DNA of 32,000 nucleotides from Candidatus Babelota bacterium (GTDB lineage Bacteria; Babelota; Babeliae; Babelales; Vermiphilaceae): NCBI GenBank assembly GCA_039809905.1, contig JBDHVY010000001.1, positions 660,001 to 692,000 of the forward strand, read 5' to 3'. Shown piece by piece: positions 8,765 to 17,222 of this stretch (position 1 is its first letter; each line of letters starts with the position of its first letter). The notes under the pieces were generated by a model. It saw only the letters and a program-made list of their open reading frames with translations, ran no database searches and was not told where the DNA came from. The position numbers and the translations under genes were made by a program.

Positions 8765-8797
8765 AGGATCTGATGTAAAAATCAGATCCTTTTTTAT
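8765..8797 (+). terminator. Rho-independent terminator after paralogue 2
   Basis: AGGATCTGAT (8765-8774) / ATCAGATCCT (8781-8790): perfect 10-bp stem, 6-nt loop gtaaaa, followed by TTTTTTATT. Confidence 0.75.
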
Positions 8798-8819
8798 TGT
8801 ATAAAGTGAAAGAAACGCA

Positions 8820-10121
8820 GTGAAAATGAATGTGTATACTTTTTACAAAAAAATACAGCATATAGCTCTCGTGTTATTGTTAACTGGTGTTGGCACAATA
8901 ATTACAAAAGGTGCAAAAAAGGTATTGTCTGAACCGGTCTATAATCTACCATTAGAACAAAAGCAAGTTATTCAAGATATCGTACCTGCTCAATCAAAAA
9001 CTATCACGTCGAAAAAATTATCGCTTGAACAAATTCATGCTTTATCATCAGAACGAAAACAGGATACTCAAAGCTCTATACCAACCAGATCAACATCGAT
9101 TATTCCAGCTCAGCTGACAACAGATCTTTTTACGCAATCGCAGGCGCATATGTCTGTACCTGAAGTAAAAAAATTAATTGCTGCAACCTATAATGTCAAA
9201 CCATATCAAAAGCTTATAGATTCAATTGTTGCTCGTGAAAAAGAGTATGAATCAGAATATGTTTTTTATCATGGTATCGATAATATATGGCGAGTTCCAC
9301 AGGATGTGTATACACGTCTGTATTTTCATTTTAATCCATCGCTTTCTGCCAAGGATTTTATATTTTTGCGCTTTGAAAATGTTCAAGGCCCTCAATCAAT
9401 ACAGAATTTTTTGGTGAGTCAGCTTAAATCAGGCGGCTTGATAAATGATCATACAATGGGATTGTTTCTTATTGCAGCTAATTTAGCTCTTTTTGGTAAC
9501 GTAGGAACTGCACCTGAATGTACTTGGCAGTATTTTATAAAATCACGAGGTCATGAAATTCCCAATCGTTCTACCTACGAGAAAATTATGAAAGCGTTTG
9601 GCTTAACGAATAAATATATTGACGAACTAATGGCTCTTACTAAGTTATATGAAACTAAAGAAGAAACCATTTTACAGATATTTATTCCCAAAAATAAGGT
9701 TGATGCTATTGGTTATTTGGCGTGGATTAGAGGTATTCCTGCGCACCAAAAAACAATGGATTTAGTGTTAGAGAGTGTTAAGAGTAAAAAATTTCCTAAG
9801 ACTGCTCCAGCGCTTGATTACTACAGTCAATTATTTAAAAAAGAACAAGAATCTAATCCTATATTTAAAAATTTAGTAGAGCATATTATATCGGGAGATT
9901 TTAATCTCAATTATTTTCTTAATTTTTATCGTAATAGACCAGATGATATAGAGGGTATTAATAATTTTCAAGCGCGTTTGGTAGTAACACCCGAAGTAAT
10001 ATTAAATCCATTATCTGGAGTGAAAATGTTTCGATATTCAACGGCAAAACCCGAAAAACTTAACGATTACGAGAAGAAATTAGATGCGCTTATTAAAAAG
10101 ATTGTTGCTGAAAAGAAATAA
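8820..10121 (+). CDS. Secreted/membrane-anchored hypothetical protein, paralogue 3 of the tandem family
   Basis: 433 aa. GTG 8820 or ATG 8826 start (weak SD). N-terminal hydrophobic IALVLLLTGVGTIIT. Family motifs YVFYHGIDNIWRVPQDVY, NLALFGNVGTAPECTW, GYLAWIRGIPAHQ, FQARLVVT, SGVKMFRY, KKLDALIKKIV. Confidence 0.75.
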   Translation: MKMNVYTFYKKIQHIALVLLLTGVGTIITKGAKKVLSEPVYNLPLEQKQVIQDIVPAQSKTITSKKLSLEQIHALSSERKQDTQSSIPTRSTSIIPAQLTTDLFTQSQAHMSVPEVKKLIAATYNVKPYQKLIDSIVAREKEYESEYVFYHGIDNIWRVPQDVYTRLYFHFNPSLSAKDFIFLRFENVQGPQSIQNFLVSQLKSGGLINDHTMGLFLIAANLALFGNVGTAPECTWQYFIKSRGHEIPNRSTYEKIMKAFGLTNKYIDELMALTKLYETKEETILQIFIPKNKVDAIGYLAWIRGIPAHQKTMDLVLESVKSKKFPKTAPALDYYSQLFKKEQESNPIFKNLVEHIISGDFNLNYFLNFYRNRPDDIEGINNFQARLVVTPEVILNPLSGVKMFRYSTAKPEKLNDYEKKLDALIKKIVAEKK

Positions 10122-10124
10122 TCT

Positions 10125-10601
10125 TTAGCAACAGTGCTTGTGATTTGATTTCTCTTTATAAATACCAAGAGCTATTTGTTTTCTTTCATCTATCTGCTTG
10201 ATAAATCTTTTTATATAAAACAGATGATTATAATACTGAGCAAAGTCAGTCTGAAAATCTATATTTCCATTAAGTACAAGCACTGGAAGATGTTGAACGG
10301 CTTCAGGGCTATTTCTATTTTCTATAAATAGGCTTTCTTTTTCAGCATATATGGTTTTGATGCTATCTAAGGAGATAGAAGCTTCACCTAAAGTATTATT
10401 TTTAAGGCGATTGTATGCAATTTCTGGCATAACGCGGACATAAATTATGCCATCGGGATGATCATGATGATGATCATTGCATGAAGCATGTTTTTGAATC
10501 CAATCGCCATATATCATGATGGTGCATGCAAGAGAGTCTTCTTGAAGCCGAGTTAAAAATGATACTATATCGGCGCCTAGTGTGCCATCAAGAAGAAGCA
10601 T
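10125..10601 (-). CDS. Deoxynucleoside kinase (dCK/dGK family) homologue, N-terminally truncated and catalytically eroded; possible gene remnant
   Basis: 158 aa. PDGIIYVRVMPEIAYNRL...SLDSIKTIYAEKESLF...LPVLVLNGNIDF aligns by eye with the dCK/dGK C-terminal two-thirds (LDGIIYLQATPETCLHRI...IPLEYLEKLHYKHESWL...VPILTLDVNEDF). No P-loop is encoded. ERS reads DGT. Lid RGRxEE reads KNNTLGEA. Only 20 nt separate it from the upstream gene. Confidence 0.55.
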   Translation of the reverse strand: MLLLDGTLGADIVSFLTRLQEDSLACTIMIYGDWIQKHASCNDHHHDHPDGIIYVRVMPEIAYNRLKNNTLGEASISLDSIKTIYAEKESLFIENRNSPEAVQHLPVLVLNGNIDFQTDFAQYYNHLFYIKRFIKQIDERKQIALGIYKEKSNHKHCC

Positions 10602-10621
10602 ATGAAATCTCTTTATGTTTT

Positions 10622-11452
10622 TTAGTCACAATACAATCTTATCTTTTCATTTTCGCCTTTTTTATATTCTTGGTCAAGAAAATATGGGCGTAATTTTATA
10701 CTAAAAAAAGGGCGTAATTGAATTGTTTGTCTTTTAAATCGTTTTGTTTTTGGATTCATAACTAATGCTTCTACTTCAATAATTTCATTTCTATCTTGCT
10801 GATTTATAACAGCTGATTTAAGATCCCGCCATTTAATTTTAGCGAGTCTATCTTTTTCAGCGTTTGTCCAGTGTCCTTTGCTTACGCCTTCTTTTTTATA
10901 TCGCTCTATTTCTTTTGCACGAGCTTTATGAAAATTCTCAAAAAAGCGATCTTTGTAGGTATCAAAAGTGGTGATATACGTAACATTCCGAGCTTTTCGT
11001 TGATGTTTTACATCAGGGTTTGCTTCGCTTGAATAAGCAATAACAGCCCAAGTATTATCATTTTCTGCCTTAATAAATTCTGTTGCTTGTTCTAAATCCC
11101 ATCCCAAAGTTCCTGAGAGAATGGCTTCTTGAAAAAATTCATGCGCAGCTGTTTCAATAGGATGTTCTTCACCTTCATCTCTGCCCCCACTAAAATCGTC
11201 ATATTTATGCAATTTGCCAAATTTGTGTTTTCGACCATAAGCTTCTCGAGATAAAATAGCGTAAAGTTCGCCATCCTCAGTGATTGTTGGCAAAACTGAA
11301 GCTGAATAACAACGGTAATCAGCTAATGAAAATGTATCAGAAGATTGAACTTGTGATGGACAACTTGTTGATTTTAAAGCTTTTGATTTATCGCATCCGG
11401 TTAAACCAAGCGTCAAAATAAGGGTTAGAATAAGACTGTATTTTTTTAACAT
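10622..11452 (-). CDS. Lipoprotein with Nudix-like fold signature (degenerate Nudix box)
   Basis: 276 aa. Lipobox LGLTG|C near the N-terminus. SD GAGG upstream. FSGGRDEGEEHPIETAAHEFFQEAIL fits GX5EX7REUXEEXGU, except that R is H, the first E of EE is Q, and G is I. Confidence 0.4.
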   Translation of the reverse strand: MLKKYSLILTLILTLGLTGCDKSKALKSTSCPSQVQSSDTFSLADYRCYSASVLPTITEDGELYAILSREAYGRKHKFGKLHKYDDFSGGRDEGEEHPIETAAHEFFQEAILSGTLGWDLEQATEFIKAENDNTWAVIAYSSEANPDVKHQRKARNVTYITTFDTYKDRFFENFHKARAKEIERYKKEGVSKGHWTNAEKDRLAKIKWRDLKSAVINQQDRNEIIEVEALVMNPKTKRFKRQTIQLRPFFSIKLRPYFLDQEYKKGENEKIRLYCD

Positions 11453-11552
11453 TACAAACCTCTATGTTTTGTTTATTTCATTTTGCATTTAACATAGCGA
11501 TCTTGTTGTGGATTAAAAAAGAGTATTGCAAAAATAATGTTATAATTACTGC

Positions 11553-12701
11553 TTAATCGGTTATTATCCGTGTAATAAGCGGGTTAATTCCCGTGATTAT
11601 TTCTCTGACATTTTTTATTTCACCTAATGTTGCCAGTCTATGAGCATGTATCTTTTCATCATCGCCAAGCAATATAACTTCATCACCGGTCTGTGCTGTT
11701 ACATCAGTAATATCAATGATGGTCATGTTCATAGCAATCCGGCCAAGAATAGGAGCATAGGAACCATTAATGTGAACTGTTGTTTTATTAGAAAAATTCA
11801 ATTTATAGCCGTCATAATACCCAATTGGAAGCAATGCAATACGTGTTGTTCTTTTTGTTTGATAGCTACCTGTATAACTAATATACGATCCTTTTGGGAC
11901 TGTTTTAATATGAGCAATATGTGTTTTCCATGTCATAACCGGCTTAAGATCTGCTTTGTCTAATCCAAGACCATAAGCACCAATGCCTACGCGGAAAAAG
12001 TTAAAATGTTCTGGGTACGCTATTGTAGAATTGCTTGCTGAATTTCCCATGTGTATGTGGGTAGGAAAAATGTTGTTTTGATGTAATTGAGCAATGAGAG
12101 TATTAAATTGTTCAAATTGGTAAGAACTAAAAATAGGGTTGCTATCGGATGCTGAAAAATGACTATAAATACCGCTTATGGAAATATGGCTTAATTGTTG
12201 TAGTTGGCAGATAAACTCATAGGCATCTGTTGCAAGAATTCCCATGCGCGATAATCCAGTATCTATTTTTATGTGTACATTAAATTGATAGGAATATTTT
12301 GTGCCTATATTATTGAGATTCTGTGCGTATTCTAGATGATCCATCATAAAATGAATATTTTTGCCTACTGCGTATTCAGGGCTTACATCACTATATCCCA
12401 AGACCAAAATAGGTTTGGTGATATTTTGCAGTGCGAGAGCTTCAGAAAGCTGTGCAACGCAGATCCAGTCAACATATTCGTTTTTTTCGCAAAGATTAGC
12501 TATTTGCTGTAACCCATGTCCGTATCCATTGCCTTTAATGACGATGGCGAGCTTATTATGCAAGCCAATTTTATTTTTATAATAGGTGATGTTGTGATTG
12601 AACGCACTCGTGCTGATTTCTAGATAAGTTTGTGGGAGAAATTCTGTGCCAACAATAGGTATTTTTGGGTAGGATGGCATAAAGGCTTTTTGTAGGGTCA
12701 T
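11553..12701 (-). CDS. alr: Alanine racemase
   Basis: PLP-lysine motif AIVIKGNGYGHG, plus DTGLSRMG and the Tyr-loop LLPIGYYDGY. The ORF extends to 12743, but that extension is hydrophobic and lacks an SD. ATG 12699-12701 (MTLQK...) is preceded by GGAAAG. Start is uncertain by 14 codons. Confidence 0.85.
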   Translation of the reverse strand: MTLQKAFMPSYPKIPIVGTEFLPQTYLEISTSAFNHNITYYKNKIGLHNKLAIVIKGNGYGHGLQQIANLCEKNEYVDWICVAQLSEALALQNITKPILVLGYSDVSPEYAVGKNIHFMMDHLEYAQNLNNIGTKYSYQFNVHIKIDTGLSRMGILATDAYEFICQLQQLSHISISGIYSHFSASDSNPIFSSYQFEQFNTLIAQLHQNNIFPTHIHMGNSASNSTIAYPEHFNFFRVGIGAYGLGLDKADLKPVMTWKTHIAHIKTVPKGSYISYTGSYQTKRTTRIALLPIGYYDGYKLNFSNKTTVHINGSYAPILGRIAMNMTIIDITDVTAQTGDEVILLGDDEKIHAHRLATLGEIKNVREIITGINPLITRIITD

Positions 12702-12944
12702 TACTTTCCAAAATAGTAAAAACAGTGATGAATACGGCATCATGATAAAAAAAATAGATGAAAAAGTCCATAAAAACAGCCTCTTTGTTTGCCAGATTGA
12801 ATAATTTTTTGTATTATTAATTGAGTGAATAAAATATATTTTATTGCTATTTATTGAGATTTTTTAATGCCTCTTTTTTAAATTTTTCAACTCAGGACCC
12901 AATAGAGGTAATGGGAGATTGGGTTACAATATTTAGGATTTTTA

Positions 12945-13679
12945 ATGATTAAGAAAAAAGATAAAGAAACCAAAGGCGAATTAATTTTTGGTATTCATCC
13001 CGTTGTTGAGCTTTTAAAAGCAAAGCGTCGTAAACTCATTTCTCTTTATACTACAAAGCCAACTCCGCAAGCATTCGAAGATATTCAAAAAGTATGGCCA
13101 AAATATCCTGTTCCTATACAATACGTTGCACGTGAAGTGCTTGATCGCATGGTTGGGACAACAGATCACCAAGGTGTTGTGGCATGGACGCAAGCATTTC
13201 CTTTCCGTAAAGTGTTTTTTGATCCTAAAAAACATAAGTTTTTGGCGATGATTGATGGAGTCCAAGATCCGCGTAATTTAGGTGGTATTTTGCGTTCAGC
13301 ATATTGCACTGGTGTTGACGGTGTTATTGTTATTAAGCGTGGAGGTGCTCAATTAACTGGAGTTGCTATTAAATCAGCAGCAGGTTTGAGTGAACATCTT
13401 GAAATATATGCAGCGCAATCAGCGCAAGCAGCAATCACAGAATTGAAGAATGCGGGATACAATATTTATCTTGCAACTTTTGATGGTGAAAATGCGGCTA
13501 CTTGCGAATACAAAAAATCTTTATGTATGGTTATTGGTGGTGAAGGCATGGGTATTTCAAAGTCAATTTTATCGTCCGGGACTCATGTAACATTACCACA
13601 AAAAGCCAGTGATATTTCCTATAATGCATCGGTTGCAGCTGGTATTTTATTATTTATAATCTCAAACAAAAAATCTTGA
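12945..13679 (+). CDS. rlmB: SpoU/TrmH-family RNA 2'-O-methyltransferase, RlmB-like
   Basis: 244 aa. N-terminal substrate-binding motif ELIFGIHPVVELLKA. SPOUT motifs DGVQDPRNLGGILRSA, MVIGGEGMGISK, ISYNASVAAGILLF. Confidence 0.75.
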   Translation: MIKKKDKETKGELIFGIHPVVELLKAKRRKLISLYTTKPTPQAFEDIQKVWPKYPVPIQYVAREVLDRMVGTTDHQGVVAWTQAFPFRKVFFDPKKHKFLAMIDGVQDPRNLGGILRSAYCTGVDGVIVIKRGGAQLTGVAIKSAAGLSEHLEIYAAQSAQAAITELKNAGYNIYLATFDGENAATCEYKKSLCMVIGGEGMGISKSILSSGTHVTLPQKASDISYNASVAAGILLFIISNKKS

Positions 13680-13689
13680 GAAATGGTGT

Positions 13690-15081
13690 ATGTGCAACAT
13701 TAATGTCCATAAGATTAAGATAATTGTTTTATCAATAATCTTTTTGCCATTTGTTGATCAAACTTTATTAGCATTCCAGCTTCCTGATAGCGAAAAAGTG
13801 CATCTATTGGGTGGAGTATTGAGGTTTGTTGATTGTCAAAATATACACAACCAAAAGATTGCAATTGATGATTGGGATAAAAATACTGTAGCGAGAAACC
13901 TATCAGTATCTTATGGCATAAAGCCAGCTTTTGGCTGGTTTTCTTCAGAATCTATACCAGTTGCTATACAAACAATAGCATTGGGCAAATATTTTTGTTT
14001 ATTTGATTGTCGCACAGCTATAAAAGATAATATCTTAAATGGTCTATGCGAACCTATTGCAGTAGTATCTCCTTGTGGTTGGAGTGAGCAATTACAAAAA
14101 ACAGGTTTTTGTTTTTATCTTAATGCTGCAACAAAAAACGAAACAAGGCTCTTTTATATAGCAAAAGTTGTTGGAGAAAGAGCCAATATGAGATTCTTCC
14201 ATCAAGATCAAAATGAACCTCATAAAAGGCATATAGTAGATGATCAGAGCTGTATTAGGTCCTCGTGGGGTGGTGGTGTCGATAATGATATTAGTTATAG
14301 TGCAGCTCGATTGCCGAGTTTTTTGGAATGGATTAATTCCTCTATCTTTTATTTACGAAAAAATAATCACTTATCATTTGTTTCCTATGTTCCTGATATT
14401 GTTAAGAAATCCACAGAGATTCAATATCATTCAGATGGGCTTTCAGTAAAACAAGGACCTCTCTTTATTTATGACAGTCCTCATTGTATATATTCTGATA
14501 ATTCAAAACAAATCCAATCAAAGTCATTACCTTTATTTTCTCAAGTAAGAAAACAAGATAGGTTTTTTAGGCCTAAGAAAAATATGACAATGCATGTAAT
14601 AGGCCAATATATTAATAATAAAAAGCATATGGTATTATTTGATTGTACCCAATTAATGCGTAGTGCTGCCTATGAAGATTGTTGTAAGCCAGTAGCTGTT
14701 ATTAATTCTGAATTGTCGAAAATAGATGGTTTAGGTATTTATGAATGGAGGGCTGATTCTGGGTATTTCTTTCATATACAGAAAATAGTTAATGATCATG
14801 CGATTTTTTATCATGGTAATTATCCGATTACCTTTTATAAGGATGTTAAAAAAGATAAAACAGAATTCTACAACAAACCAACCAAAGATTTTGATCAAGA
14901 ATTTCCTATGCTTTGTGGTGGATCAACTTCTAATGAAGGCTTATCAAGCACGAGTCTAAAAATCACAGTCATATTGCCAGCTACAGTTAATAGGCATAGT
15001 AATACAATTCTGGCATCTCTATTGGCAGTTAATCTGCTTCTCTTTTCTGTAATAATATATGAACTAAAGTCTACACTTTAA
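13690..15081 (+). CDS. Hypothetical Cys-rich surface protein: signal-like N-terminus, C-terminal TM anchor, internal duplication
   Basis: 463 aa. N-terminal IIVLSIIFLPFV and C-terminal ILASLLAVNLLLFSVIIY hydrophobic segments. Two related modules contain LFDC...C.P.AV..S (about 13966-14199 and 14596-14838). Confidence 0.6.
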   Translation: MCNINVHKIKIIVLSIIFLPFVDQTLLAFQLPDSEKVHLLGGVLRFVDCQNIHNQKIAIDDWDKNTVARNLSVSYGIKPAFGWFSSESIPVAIQTIALGKYFCLFDCRTAIKDNILNGLCEPIAVVSPCGWSEQLQKTGFCFYLNAATKNETRLFYIAKVVGERANMRFFHQDQNEPHKRHIVDDQSCIRSSWGGGVDNDISYSAARLPSFLEWINSSIFYLRKNNHLSFVSYVPDIVKKSTEIQYHSDGLSVKQGPLFIYDSPHCIYSDNSKQIQSKSLPLFSQVRKQDRFFRPKKNMTMHVIGQYINNKKHMVLFDCTQLMRSAAYEDCCKPVAVINSELSKIDGLGIYEWRADSGYFFHIQKIVNDHAIFYHGNYPITFYKDVKKDKTEFYNKPTKDFDQEFPMLCGGSTSNEGLSSTSLKITVILPATVNRHSNTILASLLAVNLLLFSVIIYELKSTL

Positions 15082-15189
15082 GAAATATAAAATATAATTC
15101 ACATACATAAGGTTAAAAATTTAAATTATTGACTATTTCATTTCCAAAAGAGTAATACATAAGCAATGGGGTTCAATATTGGGGTTGAA

Positions 15190-15882
15190 ATGAAAAAAAG
15201 TCTATTAATTTTTTCTACCACAGCATTAATGTTTTTTGTATGTAAGCAAAATTCATCCCCTATCTTTTCGGTGAATTCATATCGATTTATTCAAACAGGT
15301 GTTCTATCTGATGATTATTTTTCTTCTGTTACTATGTATGCAACGCAGTTGCTTAATGATAATTATTCAACACATGGATTTATTACCCAATTAAAAAAAA
15401 AATTTGCTGTTTTGGATAAGATTGATGTGGCGTATCGACCATGTGGTACCTATATTATGATGCATACAGATAAGCCGCTGTGTTGCATTAATCAAGATCA
15501 GATACTTACAGTACACAATCAGCTTTTTCCAAAAGACTATTTTTCTTATCCTCTTCTTGATTCTCTTTCACATGTTACTATCGCTGAAAATTGTTTCTCA
15601 AAGATTGTGCCATTGATTCCTTCATTATTATCTGAATTGCCTGCTGACTTTAACCAAACATATGATCTTGAATTGCTTAACGAACATTGTCTTTATATGC
15701 GTAATAAACAAGAAAAAACTTTTAATATTATTGCTACGGCTACACAAAAAAAATTATCACCATTGCTTGCTCAATGTGCGCTTGTGAAAAAAAAACTTGC
15801 TGAGCGTAAAGATTTTAATGCAAAGACTAATTGGATAGCAGATATACGATTTGCAGATTATATAATTGCTTATAAAACATAG
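15190..15882 (+). CDS. ftsQ: Cell-division protein FtsQ-like (divergent)
   Basis: Sits immediately upstream of ftsA-ftsZ. Single N-terminal TM LLIFSTTALMFFV. POTRA-like stretch FAVLDKIDVAYRPCGTYIMMHTDKPLCCINQDQILTVHNQLFP. The ORF opens at 15166, but ATG 15190 has a GGGG SD 5 nt upstream. Confidence 0.5.
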   Translation: MKKSLLIFSTTALMFFVCKQNSSPIFSVNSYRFIQTGVLSDDYFSSVTMYATQLLNDNYSTHGFITQLKKKFAVLDKIDVAYRPCGTYIMMHTDKPLCCINQDQILTVHNQLFPKDYFSYPLLDSLSHVTIAENCFSKIVPLIPSLLSELPADFNQTYDLELLNEHCLYMRNKQEKTFNIIATATQKKLSPLLAQCALVKKKLAERKDFNAKTNWIADIRFADYIIAYKT

Positions 15883-15973
15883 AATGCCCTAGGACTGAGG
15901 AGTTTAACTTGTCCTTGGTAGTTTTGACGAAGTAGGGTATGTAAATGGGGCTAAAACAAATTGGGGGGATATA

Positions 15974-17206
15974 ATGGCGCGTTTAATCAAAGAGAATGTT
16001 ATTACTGCAATTGATATTGGAACAACAAAAATTTGTGTTCTTATTGCTCGCAAAATGGGCGATCAGATAGAAATTATTGGTATAGGAAAATCTCCATCGC
16101 ATGGTCTGAGTAAAGGCGTTGTTGTAGACATTGCAAAAACTATTAATTCCATTACTCATGCGGTTAAAGAAGCAGAAATGATGGCAGGTATGCCAGTAGA
16201 ATCAGCATATATTGGAATTTCTGGTGCACATATCAGTTCTGTTAATTCAAGCGGTGTAGTGCCTATTAAACAAGGAAAAATTAAACAAGCTGATGTTGAT
16301 GGTGTTCTTGATGCAGCAAAAGCAATAGCTGTTGCGGAAGGATGTCAAATTCTACATGTGTTGCCTCAATATTTTGTTATTGATGGAACAGATCAAGTAC
16401 AAGATCCTATTGGTATGCATGGAGTTCGTCTTGAAGTGCAAGCACACATTATTATGGGAGCAGTATCATCGGTACAAAATCTTGTAAGTTGCTGCCAGAG
16501 TGCTGGCATAAGTGTTAATGATGTTATTTTAGAACAACTTGCATCTGGTGACGCAGTATTGAGTGAAGATGAACGAGAATTAAGTGTTGGTATTATTGAT
16601 ATCGGTGGTGGAACATCAGATGTAGCATTTTATAAAAACTCTGCAGTACGACACACGATGGTTCTTCCTGTTGCAGGTAATCATGTAACTAATGATATAG
16701 CAATTGGTTTGCGTATTACTAAAAATGAAGCAGAGCGTATAAAAAAGCGATATGGTTTTGCAATAGCAAATCTTGTTGAAAACGAAGAATTAATTGAAGT
16801 TGAAATGATGCAAGGACAAGATTTGCAGGTAATTAGACTTTCAGATCTTGTGCTGATTATAGAATCGCGCATGAGGGAATTATTTAGTTTAATAAACAAT
16901 GAAATACATACTCACCAATTACAAAAATTTATGACGAATGGAATCGTGTTGACTGGTGGAGGATCTTTGCTAACGGGAGCTCGTGAATTAGCAGAAGAAA
17001 TTTTTGATTGTCCGGTGCGTATTGGAACTCCACGAGTGTTATTTGATTTTGTTGAAACGTTGCAGAGTCCTTTATATGCAACTGGCTATGGATTGCTTGT
17101 GTACGTTATGCGTAATGAGAAAAAAATAAAAGTAGATTTAAGTGATGAACCATTGACGCGACGTGTTCTTGAACGAATGAAGTCTTGGGTCTCAGATTTT
17201 TTTTAA
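15974..17206 (+). CDS. ftsA: Cell-division protein FtsA
   Basis: 410 aa. Actin-fold phosphate motifs AIDIGTTKICVLIA, IIDIGGGTSDVAFY, GIVLTGGGSLLTG. C-terminal amphipathic tail VLERMKSWVSDFF. SD GGGGGGA upstream. Confidence 0.92.
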   Translation: MARLIKENVITAIDIGTTKICVLIARKMGDQIEIIGIGKSPSHGLSKGVVVDIAKTINSITHAVKEAEMMAGMPVESAYIGISGAHISSVNSSGVVPIKQGKIKQADVDGVLDAAKAIAVAEGCQILHVLPQYFVIDGTDQVQDPIGMHGVRLEVQAHIIMGAVSSVQNLVSCCQSAGISVNDVILEQLASGDAVLSEDERELSVGIIDIGGGTSDVAFYKNSAVRHTMVLPVAGNHVTNDIAIGLRITKNEAERIKKRYGFAIANLVENEELIEVEMMQGQDLQVIRLSDLVLIIESRMRELFSLINNEIHTHQLQKFMTNGIVLTGGGSLLTGARELAEEIFDCPVRIGTPRVLFDFVETLQSPLYATGYGLLVYVMRNEKKIKVDLSDEPLTRRVLERMKSWVSDFF

Positions 17207-17222
17207 GAAAATTTATTTTTTT

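Noticed and set aside
6107-10121. Reading the paralogue family as an R-S-E ADP-ribosyltransferase ([FY].R..., ...STW, Q.[FI]...).
   Set aside because: The position that would be the catalytic Q/E-x-E reads Q-[FI]-F in all three paralogues (no Glu). The S-T of the STS-like site is C-T in two of the three. The resemblance is superficial.
12828-12845. 18-nt perfect palindrome AATAAAATATATTTTATT in the alr / rlmB divergent region.
   Set aside because: It is composed only of A/T in an AT-rich spacer, so such palindromes arise easily by chance, and it has no flanking features. Noted but not considered significant.
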